From positions 76,294 to 140,293 of the forward strand of contig JBCBDX010000008.1 of the NCBI GenBank assembly GCA_038529265.1: a stretch of DNA of 64,000 nucleotides, written 5' to 3'. The DNA comes from Pseudomonadota bacterium. GTDB lineage: Bacteria > Pseudomonadota > Alphaproteobacteria > Rhizobiales > Rhizobiaceae. The position numbers and the translations under genes were made by a program. Shown in pieces: positions 25,619 to 36,653 of the stretch; the first letter of the stretch is position 1, and each line of letters opens with the position of its first letter. The notes beneath the pieces were generated by a model. That model did no database searches and was not told the origin of the DNA. It saw only the letters and a list, made by a program, of their open reading frames with translations.

Positions 25619-26578
25619 ATGTCAGAGGCTGCTTCGAAACCCGCATATGACAGCGCCCGTCGCATCAAATGGCTTATGTTTGCCGTCTTGCTGTTTGTCG
25701 CTCTTTACACGGGTGGGTGGTTTTTCGTTGCCAGCCGCGTAAACGAGGTTGTTCAAACCCGATTGGTCGAATTGCGCGCCGAAGGCATTGAAATAGATTG
25801 TCCTGATCAGGATGTGCGCGGCTTTCCATTTCGAATGGGTGTTTTTTGCTCAGATTTTGATGTTTTAGCGGCAGCCGAAGGTTTGGTCATCGATGGGGGA
25901 GCATTGCGTTCCGCAGCTCAAGTCTATGATCCCACACGAGCCGTCGTTGAAATTGATGCACCTCTTCAAATTGATTTTAGCGGGGAAACCGTTCGTCTGG
26001 ACTACTCGGTGGGTCAGGCGGTTGTTGAAGCACGATCACCTGGCCGCCGTGGGTTATCTGTCGAATTTACGGACGGCTCCGGTGAAGCTGACGATTTTAC
26101 AACAAAATGGGATCGGTTCACCGCCTTTTCGCGGGAGGCTGACGGCAATCTCGAAGTTGCCTTTCAAGGCGTTGGTTTGCAGACGGATGCCGCTGATGTG
26201 CCGCCGCTAAACGTTGACGCTGACGCAATTGTCATGGGCGCTTCCTATGAGACACGCAGCATAAGGGGCAAGGTGGGGACCCTTCGGCGGCTTGCCTTGC
26301 AGTTGAATGAAGACCGCGGTTTGTTAGCGAGTGGGCCTTTTGCCGTGTCAGACGATGGCCTGGTGAATGCTGACCTCAACATACGGGTTGTTGATGTGCC
26401 CGGTATTGTGAATGACCTTCAAGCGACAGCGCCTAAGGTAGCATCAGCAATCAGTGGCTTCTTGAGCCTTCAACCGCTTGGTGGCGACAATGGTGACGAG
26501 GTGGAGTTTGCGGTCACCATCCGCGACGGGCAGGCGAAAATTGGCATAATTCCGTTAGGAACCCTACCGGTCTTTTAG
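25619..26578 (+). CDS. DUF2125-like exported protein
   Basis: N-terminal TM/signal (IKWLMFAVLLFVALYTGGWFFVA). The family assignment is from memory of the Rhizobiales context. The start was moved from 25598 to ATG 25619 to avoid overlapping the chaC start. Confidence 0.5.
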   Translation: MSEAASKPAYDSARRIKWLMFAVLLFVALYTGGWFFVASRVNEVVQTRLVELRAEGIEIDCPDQDVRGFPFRMGVFCSDFDVLAAAEGLVIDGGALRSAAQVYDPTRAVVEIDAPLQIDFSGETVRLDYSVGQAVVEARSPGRRGLSVEFTDGSGEADDFTTKWDRFTAFSREADGNLEVAFQGVGLQTDAADVPPLNVDADAIVMGASYETRSIRGKVGTLRRLALQLNEDRGLLASGPFAVSDDGLVNADLNIRVVDVPGIVNDLQATAPKVASAISGFLSLQPLGGDNGDEVEFAVTIRDGQAKIGIIPLGTLPVF

Positions 26579-26580
26579 CG

Positions 26581-27504
26581 CTAAGACTTAGTTGTCGTTC
26601 GGCCAAAGTTCGGCAGGTCAACATCCTGCCCCGCTTCGATTATGGATTTACGGATATCGCGTGTTTTTGTGAAAATGGACTGTAAAGCCTCGCCATCGCT
26701 ACGTCTTATCGCAGCGCGCAAGGATGACAGGTCTTCAGAAAAGCGTGCCAGCATCTCCAAAATTGCATCCTTGTTGTGGAGGCAGACGTCGCGCCACATC
26801 ACAGGATCGGAAGCCGCCAATCTTGTAAAGTCGCGAAAGCCTGACGCGGAGTATTTGATCACATCGGCCTTAGAAACATCTTCGAATTCCGAAGCTGTAG
26901 CCACAATATTGTAGGATACCAATTGCGGTAGATGCGAGACGAGCGCCAGAACCTGGTCATGATGTTCCGGGTCCATTATCTCAATGTCCGAGCCGAGCGC
27001 TTTCCAAAAATCAGTCAGCTTTTGCAGTGCTTGCTGATCAATCTGCGTTGAAGGTGTGAGAATGCACCAACGACCTTCAAAAAGTGCAGCAAAGCCGGAA
27101 TCAGGGCCTGAACGCTCGGTGCCCGCAATGGGGTGACCCGGAATGAAATGCACGTTGTTTGGCAGTTCTGGCTGCATTTGCGCAACGACAGAAGCCTTTG
27201 TGGATCCAACGTCTGTAACGATCGCGCCCGGTTGAAGGCTCCCAGCGATAGACCGAGCCACGGCACCACTGGCCCCTACTGGAACGCTTACGACGACGAG
27301 ATCTGCCTGGGCGACCGCGGTGCTCGGGTTGTTTGTGTAACTGTCACCCAATGACAATTCCTGTGCACGCTTCAGCGTCGCTTCGCTGCGCGTTGAAATC
27401 GCAACATGGTCCGCGAGTTTGTGCTGGCGGATCGCCTTGGCCAGAGACGATCCGATCAGGCCGATTCCGATCAGTGCAACTCTTTTAAAGTGAACAGGGG
27501 CCAA
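26581..27504 (-). CDS. prephenate/arogenate (cyclohexadienyl) dehydrogenase
   Basis: VALIGIGLIGSSLA Rossmann motif and a GHPIAGTE active-site region. Adjacent to hisC and chorismate mutase. Confidence 0.85.
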   Translation of the reverse strand: MAPVHFKRVALIGIGLIGSSLAKAIRQHKLADHVAISTRSEATLKRAQELSLGDSYTNNPSTAVAQADLVVVSVPVGASGAVARSIAGSLQPGAIVTDVGSTKASVVAQMQPELPNNVHFIPGHPIAGTERSGPDSGFAALFEGRWCILTPSTQIDQQALQKLTDFWKALGSDIEIMDPEHHDQVLALVSHLPQLVSYNIVATASEFEDVSKADVIKYSASGFRDFTRLAASDPVMWRDVCLHNKDAILEMLARFSEDLSSLRAAIRRSDGEALQSIFTKTRDIRKSIIEAGQDVDLPNFGRTTTKS

Positions 27505-27512
27505 AGCTTGAT

Positions 27513-28646
27513 TTAGCCCCGCTGTGCCATGAAGTTGCTCAGGGCTTCGACGACCCCTTCATTGGCTTCATCTGTTCCAATGCTCATGCGCAAAGCGTTG
27601 GGCAGTCCATAGGCGGTGACACGGCGCAAAACGAAACCGCGCGCCAACAGAAACTCATCTGCACCGGCCGCTGATTTGCCGCCCGTTTCTGGAAAATGGA
27701 TCAAGACAAAATTGCCGACGCTTGGCGTAACTCTAAGTCCGATTCCTTCCAGTGCGTCTGTGAGCTTGGGAAGCCAGCCATTATTGTGATCCACCGCGGC
27801 CTCCAGATGTTTGCGATCACGCATGGAAGCTGCGGCAGCAGCAATAGCGCTTGCATTCACATTGAAGGGGCCGCGAACGCGGTTGATGGCGTCGACCACA
27901 TGGGCCGGTCCATAAAGCCATCCAACCCGCAAGGCTGCCAAACCGTGCACTTTGGAGAATGTGCGCGTCATGACCACATTGTTGCTGGTCGAGACCAATT
28001 CGATGCCGGAGGCGTAGTCGTTCTTGCGAACATATTCTGCATAAGCAGCGTCGAGAACCAGTAACACATGTGGTGGCAATCCAGCGTGAAGCCGACGGAC
28101 CTCTGCATCGCTCAAGTAAGTTCCAGTTGGATTGTTGGGGTTTGCCAGAAACACCAGCTTTGTCCTTGGTGTTACCGCCGCCAGAATAGCGTCAACATTG
28201 GCGGTATGTGCGCTTTCTTTGACTGATACAGGTGTGGCACCAGCTGCCATGATTTGAATCTTGTAAACAAGAAAACCGTGCTCAGTGAAAATTCCCTCAT
28301 CACCGGCTGAAAGGTAAATCTGACACAGAAGGCCAAGGAGCTCGTCTGATCCGTTCGAGCAGACAATATTGGCTGGATTCAGCCCTTGCGTTTCAGCGAT
28401 GGCATCACGCAACTCGTTGGCGGAGCCGTCAGGGTAAATGGCGAGATTGTCAGCCAGACCACGATACGCCTCAATGGCAGCAGGGCTCGGACCAAGGGGC
28501 GTTTCGTTCGACGACAATTTATGTAGCTTTACACCCGGCGCAGCCTTGTCGCGCCCCGGTACATACGCTGCGATATCAAGAACGCCCGGTTTTGGCTGAG
28601 GAGTATTGACCATTGGAAAATCCGTTTCAGAACGCTGCTTAAACAT
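27513..28646 (-). CDS. hisC: histidinol-phosphate/aromatic aminotransferase
   Basis: Class II aminotransferase with NPNNPTG and [14 protein letters not shown] (PLP lysine). The start could be ATG 28613. Confidence 0.85.
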   Translation of the reverse strand: MFKQRSETDFPMVNTPQPKPGVLDIAAYVPGRDKAAPGVKLHKLSSNETPLGPSPAAIEAYRGLADNLAIYPDGSANELRDAIAETQGLNPANIVCSNGSDELLGLLCQIYLSAGDEGIFTEHGFLVYKIQIMAAGATPVSVKESAHTANVDAILAAVTPRTKLVFLANPNNPTGTYLSDAEVRRLHAGLPPHVLLVLDAAYAEYVRKNDYASGIELVSTSNNVVMTRTFSKVHGLAALRVGWLYGPAHVVDAINRVRGPFNVNASAIAAAAASMRDRKHLEAAVDHNNGWLPKLTDALEGIGLRVTPSVGNFVLIHFPETGGKSAAGADEFLLARGFVLRRVTAYGLPNALRMSIGTDEANEGVVEALSNFMAQRG

Positions 28647-29421
28647 CTGCCAGCGGCGCGAAATAGCCGCCCGCGGCGCGAATGTCGAGCAGTTCTGCTG
28701 GTGTTTTGCCGCCGGGCGCGAGTGCGATCAGGAATTGGGTTTCATCTGCCGGTTGGCCTCGGCTTGACAGAACTATGCCGTCGCTCCAGCCATCAAACAC
28801 ACTGTTTGATTTAGCTTGCGCAACATAGACACGCCATTCAAACGGAACAGGGTCCGACAATGGTGGTGCTAAAACGAGAGCATCGACTGCGTCGAAGGGC
28901 ACGGGGACGATGGGTAATCGTGCCATCACCGAAAGGCCACTGACGCCGCCAATATCATGCCACCAGTCAGCATCTGAGTTCGTGGGTGTCTCCAAAACGA
29001 CAATTGCGTTTTGCGTACTTTCTGCCGCCTTTTTTGCTTGGCTGATAGTGGCATGTGTTTGCACCTCCACCGTAAAGCCAAACTGATAGCGCACCGTATC
29101 GTTGAGGCGGTTGTCACCTGTCAGCGGGATGTGAACGGTGTAAGATGCTTGCAGCCAGGTGAATGTCGAAATGATTTCGCGCCACATGTGTGCGATGGTG
29201 GCAAATGGTATGGAGCCCGAGTGCCGTTCTTTGAGCACATCCATCATCTGCGCTTCGCGGCCGGGTCTGAACGCTGCGCCGCGATTTTTTGATGCGCCCT
29301 TGGCTTTGATCAGTTCATCAATGACTTCTGCGCGCTGCATGAGCAGTGCATGGATCGATTGGTCCGCCATATCGATTTTGGCACGCAACTCAGCAAGCTT
29401 TTGAAGGTCTTGATCACTCAT
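28639..29421 (-). CDS. chorismate mutase family protein
   Basis: N-terminal AroQ-type helix [33 protein letters not shown] with a ~170-aa C-terminal extension. Confidence 0.75.
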   Translation of the reverse strand: MSDQDLQKLAELRAKIDMADQSIHALLMQRAEVIDELIKAKGASKNRGAAFRPGREAQMMDVLKERHSGSIPFATIAHMWREIISTFTWLQASYTVHIPLTGDNRLNDTVRYQFGFTVEVQTHATISQAKKAAESTQNAIVVLETPTNSDADWWHDIGGVSGLSVMARLPIVPVPFDAVDALVLAPPLSDPVPFEWRVYVAQAKSNSVFDGWSDGIVLSSRGQPADETQFLIALAPGGKTPAELLDIRAAGGYFAPLADV

Positions 29422-29463
29422 CGTGCTCTGCCTGTAAGTCAGTTCGCCAAGACGCGCAATTAC

Positions 29464-30219
29464 TCACTTTGCGGTTAAGCGCCTGGCGCGGCCCGCTACC
29501 GATCCCTGTGGTGCAAAGACCGGGACAAAGACGCGTCGAGACTGCCGCTCGGTGACGGGCAAGCCCTGGTAAAGACGTTTTTGGGCTTCGATGATCAACA
29601 CACCCGACAACATTGGCCACAGACGCAACCCCATCGCTTCAATACGCGATGACAATTTATAGGTCAGGAAACGCCGCGATGGCGGAAAAAACAAGGCTTC
29701 GGTTTCCGCGCTCGCCGTGAAGTTGGTTTCGCGCAACAACTTCACAATTTGAGCGCGTGAGTAGGGCCGGCCAGTTCCGAACGGCGTGGTTTCGACCCGC
29801 GCCCAAACGCCTTGGCGGTTCGGTACCACAATGACAAGGCGGCCGTTTGGCGCCAGGACACGCCACATTTCCATCAGTGTCTCGCGCGGATTTTCTGCGT
29901 GCTCCAGGACGTGGACCATTAGTATACGGTCAACGGCTGCATCGGTCAGTGGCAGTTCTTCATCGAACACCAAAGCGGTCTTGGAAGGGCCCGTACGCGG
30001 CCAACGCGCTGCGCCATGATTGGCCAGCATGAATGCCATTGTTCGGTCGGTGTCTGGCTCAAAACGTTCCAGCCACGGCCGTGTATAGCCCAAGCCCAGC
30101 AAACGCTCGTTTGCGATCGGTTCCCAAATGCGGCTAAGGGAAATGCCAATGGCCTGGCTTGCTTTTTGGCCAAGCTCTGAATGGTACCATGCGCGTAGTT
30201 CGACGATATCCATGTGCAT
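29464..30219 (-). CDS. class I SAM-dependent methyltransferase
   Basis: Methyltransf_11-like region (VDRILMVHVLEH...VLAPNGRLVIVVPN). The ORF extends to 30300, but MHMDIVEL (30219) is preferred. Confidence 0.7.
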   Translation of the reverse strand: MHMDIVELRAWYHSELGQKASQAIGISLSRIWEPIANERLLGLGYTRPWLERFEPDTDRTMAFMLANHGAARWPRTGPSKTALVFDEELPLTDAAVDRILMVHVLEHAENPRETLMEMWRVLAPNGRLVIVVPNRQGVWARVETTPFGTGRPYSRAQIVKLLRETNFTASAETEALFFPPSRRFLTYKLSSRIEAMGLRLWPMLSGVLIIEAQKRLYQGLPVTERQSRRVFVPVFAPQGSVAGRARRLTAK

Positions 30220-30287
30220 GCGGGCACAAAAGCGGATTTGTTGTGAACGCGCAAATACCTTCTTGATCAGCAATGCCGGAGAGCGAC

Positions 30288-30740
30288 ATGGACGATACAT
30301 ATTCTGCCCAACAAATCAGGGATTTGCTTGACTTGCAGCCACACCCGGAAGGTGGATGGTACGGCGAGACATTTCGCGACCCAACGCGGGTTGATAACCG
30401 TTCGGTATCGACCGCGATCTACTTTTTGCTCGAAGGAGGCGATGTCTCGCATTGGCATCGTGTTACGGACGCCGCCGAAGTGTGGCATCACTATGCTGGT
30501 GCACCGCTGGTTATGACGCTTTCACCGAACGGACATGACGCTCAGGCACATCGCCTTGGTACGAATTTTGCGATTGGAGAACGTCCACAATTGGTGGTGC
30601 CAGCCAATCATTGGCAAACGGCGGCAAGTTTAGGGCACTGGACCCTCGTTGGCTGCACCGTTGCGCCCGGCTTTGAGTTTTCTTCGTTCGAGTTGGCGGC
30701 CCCAGATTGGCGGCCAATGCCACGTCAGCCGTCGGGCTGA
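30288..30740 (+). CDS. cupin (DUF985) domain protein
   Basis: LQPHPEGGWYGETFRD...IYFLLEGGDVSHWHR is typical of DUF985 cupins. Confidence 0.75.
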   Translation: MDDTYSAQQIRDLLDLQPHPEGGWYGETFRDPTRVDNRSVSTAIYFLLEGGDVSHWHRVTDAAEVWHHYAGAPLVMTLSPNGHDAQAHRLGTNFAIGERPQLVVPANHWQTAASLGHWTLVGCTVAPGFEFSSFELAAPDWRPMPRQPSG

Positions 30741-31636
30741 ACTGCAGCGCGTTGCGATAATGCGCCTGAGGCGAGGAATGCGCCACCTACGATCAACGCA
30801 CAGGCTGCCGCCAGTGCCCATGTTATCGACGCTGTTCCTGTTGCCACCAATATGATGGTTGACAGCAATGGCGCTGCATAGCTTGCCGTACCCAGCCATT
30901 GGATATCGCCAAACTTCATGCCGAAGTCCCATGTGTAAAACGCTCCACCCAGTGGCAGTAGACCCAGGCTGATCAGGGAAATCCACTGAAGAGGCGACAA
31001 AATCCAGACAATCGGTTCGAAAGCCGCTGCTACAATGGCTGAGAGGATCGCTGCGACCGTGCACGAAACGACCACCATTTGCGTGGGTACTGCCGCAAAA
31101 AGGCGCGAACCGAGCGAGTAGCTTGCCCAGGTAAAGGCTGCAATCAGAGCTAGTGTGTAGCCAAAAAGGCTATCGCTTGAGAACGCCAACTCACCGGGGC
31201 CGCCGACCAGAAGGCCGCATCCGACAAAGCCGGCCGTCGCCCCGACAATGTGGTACCAACGCAATGTCTCACCCGGAAGAAGGGCACTGCCGACAACAAT
31301 CAAAACAGGCCAAAGATAGGCAATCAAGCTCGCTTCGGCAGGGGGCGCGCTCTTAAGCGCCGCAAAGTAGAGCGCATGGTATGCAAAGAGGCCGAGCGAA
31401 GAAAAGGCCAAGGCTTTGAGTGGCGCTTTTGTCTTGTCCTGGCTGTTCTGCTTGGCGCTGGTCAGTCGCCAAATTAGTCCGACAAATGCACCAACTGCAA
31501 AAGCAACTGCTGCTGTTTGAAAAGGCGGAACGCCCTCGGTGCCGATTGTTAACAATGCAAGAATCGCCCAAGACGCAATAGCGGTCAGGCCAATGAGATT
31601 GGCGCGCATGCGTCGGCTTTTATATGTCTTGGACAT
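30725..31636 (-). CDS. DMT superfamily (EamA-type) transporter
   Basis: 303 aa, 10 predicted TM helices, duplicated EamA architecture. Confidence 0.8.
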   Translation of the reverse strand: MSKTYKSRRMRANLIGLTAIASWAILALLTIGTEGVPPFQTAAVAFAVGAFVGLIWRLTSAKQNSQDKTKAPLKALAFSSLGLFAYHALYFAALKSAPPAEASLIAYLWPVLIVVGSALLPGETLRWYHIVGATAGFVGCGLLVGGPGELAFSSDSLFGYTLALIAAFTWASYSLGSRLFAAVPTQMVVVSCTVAAILSAIVAAAFEPIVWILSPLQWISLISLGLLPLGGAFYTWDFGMKFGDIQWLGTASYAAPLLSTIILVATGTASITWALAAACALIVGGAFLASGALSQRAAVQPDG

Positions 31637-31659
31637 AGGCCGCGCATGCGTGTTGCTGT

Positions 31660-32454
31660 TTAGTTTGTCAATTGCTCAAAGCGACTGGCACGGACGCGAA
31701 GTGTCACCAATCTCGTTTTGACCTTGGCGTTGACGGGAGCATAAAAGCCTGATGATCCAATGGGCGCAAAAGAGACCTCGATCGAACCTTTGTCCCTCAT
31801 CCAGTTGATATCCTGCTTCTTGGCGTCATAGCCGCTGACCGGGATGTAGCGACCACGGCAGGTGACAACATCACCTTTAAAACCCTTCGTGCTGAAAGGA
31901 TTGGTGCGCAGATAAGATAGTTTCACATCAAGGCGCATGGCCCCGTCGAATGCTTTTATCGTGCGGTTGCAAACTGCTCGCGGCGTTTGGGCAGGTACCA
32001 TGATGGCGCTGATAGGATCGAGTGCGTTTGCAAGATCGGCGGTGTCAAGCGGTATCCATTTCCCACGCTTTTTTACAGGTGGCTTATTGGTTGCGCCGGT
32101 GATCGTGCTGCCAGCAAAGTCAAATTGTGTCCCCTTTTTAGCTTTGCCCTCGATGTAAGTTGCAGCGAATGCGTTTGGCTTGACGTTTTGTCCGCTGAAA
32201 GTGCCAGACGTTTGGAGCCTTCCATTGATGGCCGCGAACAGCCGCGCAACGCCAGAGGAGCGGAGCTTTCCGTTGATCTTATAGGTACCGTCGTCAGCGA
32301 CTGTGGTGTTGAAGGTGCTCTTACCCACCGGCAAGCCAAATGCGGAGACAGTATAGTCTGCGCGGTACTTTACGGGTTGCTCTGCTGTCGCGCTGTCAAT
32401 TTGCGAGACCAGTGCCAAAAAGACGATGGCTGTAAAGAATGGTTTTTTGCCCAT
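31660..32454 (-). CDS. DUF3108-like exported protein
   Basis: Signal peptide FFTAIVFLALVSQIDSATA followed by a beta-rich body. Family assigned from memory, so tentative. Confidence 0.5.
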   Translation of the reverse strand: MGKKPFFTAIVFLALVSQIDSATAEQPVKYRADYTVSAFGLPVGKSTFNTTVADDGTYKINGKLRSSGVARLFAAINGRLQTSGTFSGQNVKPNAFAATYIEGKAKKGTQFDFAGSTITGATNKPPVKKRGKWIPLDTADLANALDPISAIMVPAQTPRAVCNRTIKAFDGAMRLDVKLSYLRTNPFSTKGFKGDVVTCRGRYIPVSGYDAKKQDINWMRDKGSIEVSFAPIGSSGFYAPVNAKVKTRLVTLRVRASRFEQLTN

Positions 32455-32574
32455 GGATCGAGACCTTATTATTCAAATGTGACCAGCGTCCCTTCCGGTG
32501 GCTTTCGCTTCAGTCCTGATTTCGGCCAAATTGTGATGGTTAGGGACACTATATGTCAAATTTGCTCTGAGCCG

Positions 32575-32603
32575 TTGACGCTAAGCCCAGCTTTGACTAT
32601 AGC
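32575..32603 (+). promoter_or_regulatory. candidate sigma-70 promoter for rpmB (TTGACG-17 nt-TATAGC)
   Basis: The -35 and -10 hexamers were read directly with 17-nt spacing, ~100 nt upstream of the rpmB ATG. Confidence 0.4.
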
Positions 32604-32703
32604 ACCGCAACTTTTCCGCTCTTCGTGTTGCGAACAGCCGGGCCGACATTGTCGGTTTCGAACGAAGCCGGATTTTCTGGAATTGACACAAATTAGGTGA
32701 CCC

Positions 32704-32997
32704 ATGTCGCGTACCTGTGAATTAACATCGAAGTCTGTCATGTCTGGCAACAATGTCAGCCACGCCAACAACAAGACCCGTCGTCGCTTTTTGCCGAACC
32801 TCGTCAACGTGACTTTGCACTCGGATGCGCTTGGCGAAAAGTTCAAGCTGCGTATCTCTGCTTCCGCGCTGCGTACAGTTGAACATCGCGGCGGTTTGGA
32901 TGCCTTTCTTGCGAAGGCAAAAACCAATGAGCTTTCTTCACGCGCACGCCTGATCAAACGCCGCGTCGCTCAAAGGCAAGCTGAAGCGGCTGCCTAA
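32704..32997 (+). CDS. rpmB: 50S ribosomal protein L28
   Basis: [33 protein letters not shown] is the canonical L28 N-terminus. Confidence 0.95.
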   Translation: MSRTCELTSKSVMSGNNVSHANNKTRRRFLPNLVNVTLHSDALGEKFKLRISASALRTVEHRGGLDAFLAKAKTNELSSRARLIKRRVAQRQAEAAA

Positions 32998-33044
32998 GCC
33001 AATCCAATTAAAAGTCTAATCCCGCACAGCGCTGCTGCTGTGCG

Positions 33045-33074
33045 CTGGTGGCATAACCCAGGATAAAAAAATGC
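33045..33074 (+). promoter_or_regulatory. candidate preQ1-I-type riboswitch (H-type pseudoknot) overlapping the yhhQ RBS and start codon
   Basis: CUGG(33045-48)/CCAG(33058-61) form P1. The loop UGGCAUAAC has a C just before the P1 3' strand. An A7 tract spans 33064-70. Loop GCAU(33051-54) can pair with AUGC(33071-74), which contains the start codon. The layout closely resembles my recollection of the Thermoanaerobacter preQ1-I aptamer, CUGGG-UCGCAGUAAC-CCCAG-A-rich tail. Confidence 0.45.
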
Positions 33075-33700
33075 GGACATATCCGATTTCACTTCTGCCT
33101 TATCTGGCAGCTATGACGCTCGTCGTCGTCGCCTCTAATTACCTTGTTCAAATTCCTTTCAATCATTTTGGATTGAAGGACATTTTGACTTGGGGCGCAT
33201 TTACTTACCCCATCGCCTTCTTGGTCAATGATCTGACAAATAGACGTTTTGGCGTAAAAGCTGCGCGGGTTGTCATTGGTCTTGGTTTCGCCTTGGCGGT
33301 TGTTTTGTCCATCTGGCTCGCAACGCCGCGCATCGCAATCGCCTCCGGCACTGCGTTTGCGATTGCCCAACTATTGGATGCGTCAATCTTTGATCGCATG
33401 CGTGCTTTGCAGTGGTGGCGTGCGCCGCTGATCTCATCCGTTTTGGGGTCAGTGATCGACACTGTCATCTTCTGGAGCCTTGCCTTTGCACCGCTCTTTG
33501 CAGGCATTGATCTGGCATTTGGCATGGAGGATGGGTCGCTTGGTTTCCCGGTTCCGTTCCTTGGTGGCGAGACGGCGCTTTGGATTTCACTTGCCTTTGG
33601 TGACTTCTGCGTGAAGATCCTTGTTGGCCTTGCGATGCTGCTGCCATACGGTTTGCTGCTGCCATTGCTTGCAAAGCAGCAGGCGCAGCCAGCCAGCTAG
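33071..33700 (+). CDS. yhhQ: queuosine-precursor transporter (YhhQ/DUF165, VUT family)
   Basis: 209-aa polytopic protein with TYPIAFLVNDLTNRRFG and QLLDASIFD motifs typical of YhhQ. Confidence 0.8.
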   Translation: MRTYPISLLPYLAAMTLVVVASNYLVQIPFNHFGLKDILTWGAFTYPIAFLVNDLTNRRFGVKAARVVIGLGFALAVVLSIWLATPRIAIASGTAFAIAQLLDASIFDRMRALQWWRAPLISSVLGSVIDTVIFWSLAFAPLFAGIDLAFGMEDGSLGFPVPFLGGETALWISLAFGDFCVKILVGLAMLLPYGLLLPLLAKQQAQPAS

Positions 33701-34704
33701 TTCAAGTCGAGTGCAAATTCGAGCAGCAAGTTTCGTTGTAGGAGCGATTTGTTGTCGTCGGAAACGAGTGTCAACCGGACTTGGTCATCACCTAGCGGTG
33801 TGATGGCCAAACCCTCCATATTGTCAATCTGATAGCTCATGTCGGCTTCCAGCAGGGTTTTCCCATCGACTGTAGAGCGCTCGGTCAATTGGTCGCCGTC
33901 AATCTGCCGGATACGCATAGCAATGCCTTGGCTAAGGTTGAACCGGCGTTCCAGAACCAACAAATCACCCGTTGGTAGAAACGCGATGTCGGTGACATCA
34001 AAATTGTCGGTTCGAAGCAATGAAAACTCAAACGCATTGCTTGGTCCTGGCGGATTGACGAAGCCCATGATGTTGCGCTGTTTGTCGAGGCTCTTTTCGC
34101 TGAGGCCAACAATTGCCTGCGGATAGGCAAAATTTTCCGGAGCGACGGCAACGCCTTCAAAGCCTCGGTTTTGGCGCAGTTCATAAAGGGGCACAGGTGG
34201 CTGTTCGTCTTCGACAAAGCGGAGGTTAGCGCCATCCCATTGGTACTGTGCGATGCGGTGATCGCGCTCAAATGAAATTACAACCGTTCCATCTTGGGCG
34301 ATAGCGATGCCCTCTGCATCTGCCTCCCACTTGTTGGAAAAACGCGCTCCACCCTTTGCAGTTATTTCACCAATCGAGGTTGCCGTTATTGCTTCGGGCG
34401 CCCCGTTTTCATTTCGGTTCAAGCTACCTTGAAGCCAAAAACCGGTGTCCGTGACGAGCCAGATGGCCTCTCCTGAGAAATCGACGCCTGATATCGCGCC
34501 AAAATGCTGTTCGCGGCTCTCCATTTCCAGACCGCCGAGAAACGTTAGGGGTCCGAATTTTTGCTGATCGGAACCAATCAGGAAGTTCGCTATGGGTCTA
34601 GCAGTGATGCTAACAGGTTTTACCAGTTCGTTTGCATAGATCGGTGCTTGAGCCGCGATGCAAAGCGAGATCGCAACAGTGCCTGCGACTGGCCTAGCGC
34701 GCAC
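33697..34704 (-). CDS. exported esterase-like-activity-of-phytase family protein
   Basis: Signal peptide and repeated beta-propeller-like segments ([50 protein letters not shown]). Family assigned from memory. Confidence 0.55.
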   Translation of the reverse strand: MRARPVAGTVAISLCIAAQAPIYANELVKPVSITARPIANFLIGSDQQKFGPLTFLGGLEMESREQHFGAISGVDFSGEAIWLVTDTGFWLQGSLNRNENGAPEAITATSIGEITAKGGARFSNKWEADAEGIAIAQDGTVVISFERDHRIAQYQWDGANLRFVEDEQPPVPLYELRQNRGFEGVAVAPENFAYPQAIVGLSEKSLDKQRNIMGFVNPPGPSNAFEFSLLRTDNFDVTDIAFLPTGDLLVLERRFNLSQGIAMRIRQIDGDQLTERSTVDGKTLLEADMSYQIDNMEGLAITPLGDDQVRLTLVSDDNKSLLQRNLLLEFALDLN

Positions 34705-36646
34705 GGGCGCCTCGCAAGCCCGCCTTAGCAGAAGCCTGTGTCATGACACCACGCATCTGCTGTGCCCCTTCTTCTTCAAAGAGGCTTGCCAATTGCTCAG
34801 TCATGGCGCCGGCCAGTTCTTCAGCGTCTACAATCGTAACAGCTCTGCGGTAGTAGCGTGTCACATCATGTCCGATACCGATAGCAAGCATCTCGATATT
34901 GGAGCGCGTCTCGATTTCTTCGATTACCGCGCGCAAATGGCGTTCCAAATAGTTCCCCGGGTTTACCGAGAGAGTAGAATCATCAACCGGTGCGCCATCG
35001 GAAATCATCATCAGAATTTTGCGCTGTTCGGGACGCTGTGACAAGCGACGGAAAGCCCAAGTCAGCGCTTCGCCATCTATGTTTTCTTTAAGCAAGCCTT
35101 CGCGCATCATCAGACCCAAATTGTTGCGTGCGCGTCGCCATGGAGCATCTGCGGACTTGTAGACTATGTGGCGCAGATCGTTCAGGCGACCCGGCTCGGT
35201 TGGCTTTCCACCTTTGAGCCAAGCTTCGCGTGCCTGCCCGCCCTTCCACGCTCTCGTAGTGAAACCCAAAATTTCGACTTTCACGCCGCACCGTTCCAGC
35301 GTGCGCGCCAAGATGTCGGCGCAGGTGGCGGCCACGGTGATCGGGCGGCCGCGCATGGAGCCGGAATTGTCGATCAACAGCGTTACGACTGTATCGCGGA
35401 AGTTGGTGTCTCGTTCGCGCTTGAAAGACAAAGCGCCAAAGCCACCATTCATTTCTTCGATTATGACCCGCGGCAGGCGCGCAGGATCGAGATAGCCTTC
35501 CTCTAGGTCGAAATCCCAAGATCGGTTTTGTTGTGCCATCAACCGCCGCTGAAGGCGGTTGGCCAAACGGCCGACGACGCCTTGCAGGTTGGCCAATTGT
35601 TTGTCGAGGAAGGCTCTGAGGCGCTCAAGTTCTTGCGAATCGCAAAGTTCTTCAGCGCCGATGATTTCATCAAACTCTTCGGTAAAGACGTTGTAATCAA
35701 TGTCGGAAAGAATGTCGTTGAACTGCGGTTCAGGTCGTTCGACTTCGCCTGGCTCTTCGGCGTCCGCGTCGAAGTCATCATCCATGTCATCAGATGACAT
35801 GTCCGCGGCTTCCATCTCGCCCATTTCAGACTGCTCGCTCTCGAGCGGGTTCTGCTCTTGCTCGGTCTGCTCTTCGCCGGACTGCTGGTCGTCTGTTCCG
35901 CCATCGTCCTGATTTTCGTCATTATCAGGCGGTTCCTGCTCGGTGTTATCGTCTTCCTCCTCGTTCCCATGGTCGCCGTCATATTCTTCGGCCATTTCCA
36001 TGGATACGAGCATTTCGCGGATCGTTTTCGCAAACGCTTCCTGATCATCAATGGCTTCGCCAAGGCGCGCCATATCATCAGATGCCTTTTCGTTGATCCA
36101 GTCGCGCCAAAGATCTGCAACTGCTGAAGCGCCCGACGGCGTCGGACGACCGGTCAGCTTCTCGCGCACCAACAAAGCAACCGCTTCTTCCAGAGGTGCT
36201 TGATCACGTTCGGTTACGGTTGACAGGTTGGCACGTGTGAATTTGTCGTCGATCATCGCGGCAATGTTGTCACCGACGCCCGTCATGCGTTGCGCGCCCA
36301 GCGACTCAACACGCGCCTGTTCAACGGCATCATAGACAGCGCGTGCCTGATCGCCTTCCGGTGCCAAAGTGCGGTGAACCATACCGTCATGGCAAGCCGC
36401 ACGAAGCGCCATAGAATCGGCAACACCACGGGTGATACGCACATCATTTTCGGTCACGCGACGCGGCAGGTCGCTAACCCGTGCATGCTTGCCAGCAAAC
36501 GCGGGGCGGTCCGTGCTGAAAACAACCTCCAACTCGTGGTCGCCAGCGATGGCGCGCATACAGCCTGTCACCGCCCGTTTGAACGGTTCGGTGTCTGCCG
36601 TCTTTGTCTTGGGACGGTTCTTTGAATTGTCGCCCGGTGCTGCCAT
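34694..36646 (-). CDS. cobT: aerobic cobaltochelatase subunit CobT
   Basis: 650 aa with a central D/E-rich acidic region and a C-terminal vWA-like domain ([14 protein letters not shown]). Immediately downstream of cobS. Confidence 0.88.
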   Translation of the reverse strand: MAAPGDNSKNRPKTKTADTEPFKRAVTGCMRAIAGDHELEVVFSTDRPAFAGKHARVSDLPRRVTENDVRITRGVADSMALRAACHDGMVHRTLAPEGDQARAVYDAVEQARVESLGAQRMTGVGDNIAAMIDDKFTRANLSTVTERDQAPLEEAVALLVREKLTGRPTPSGASAVADLWRDWINEKASDDMARLGEAIDDQEAFAKTIREMLVSMEMAEEYDGDHGNEEEDDNTEQEPPDNDENQDDGGTDDQQSGEEQTEQEQNPLESEQSEMGEMEAADMSSDDMDDDFDADAEEPGEVERPEPQFNDILSDIDYNVFTEEFDEIIGAEELCDSQELERLRAFLDKQLANLQGVVGRLANRLQRRLMAQQNRSWDFDLEEGYLDPARLPRVIIEEMNGGFGALSFKRERDTNFRDTVVTLLIDNSGSMRGRPITVAATCADILARTLERCGVKVEILGFTTRAWKGGQAREAWLKGGKPTEPGRLNDLRHIVYKSADAPWRRARNNLGLMMREGLLKENIDGEALTWAFRRLSQRPEQRKILMMISDGAPVDDSTLSVNPGNYLERHLRAVIEEIETRSNIEMLAIGIGHDVTRYYRRAVTIVDAEELAGAMTEQLASLFEEEGAQQMRGVMTQASAKAGLRGARAR

Positions 36647-36653
36647 TGAGGTT

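Noticed and set aside
30630-31064. 144-aa minus-strand ORF
   Set aside because: It is out of frame within the EamA transporter gene, which shows a regular 10-TM pattern in its own frame.
31987-32700. 237-aa plus-strand ORF
   Set aside because: It lies mostly antisense to the DUF3108-like gene. It is Cys/Arg-rich with no RBS or motif, and the minus-strand gene has a proper signal peptide and start context.
33023-33044. 8-bp GC-rich hairpin after rpmB as an intrinsic terminator
   Set aside because: It has no downstream T-tract and abuts the candidate preQ1-like element. It is mentioned only within that finding.
35539-36120. 193-aa minus-strand ORF and several plus-strand ORFs inside cobT
   Set aside because: They are alternative frames across the D/E-rich acidic region of CobT. 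Low-complexity DNA keeps several frames open.
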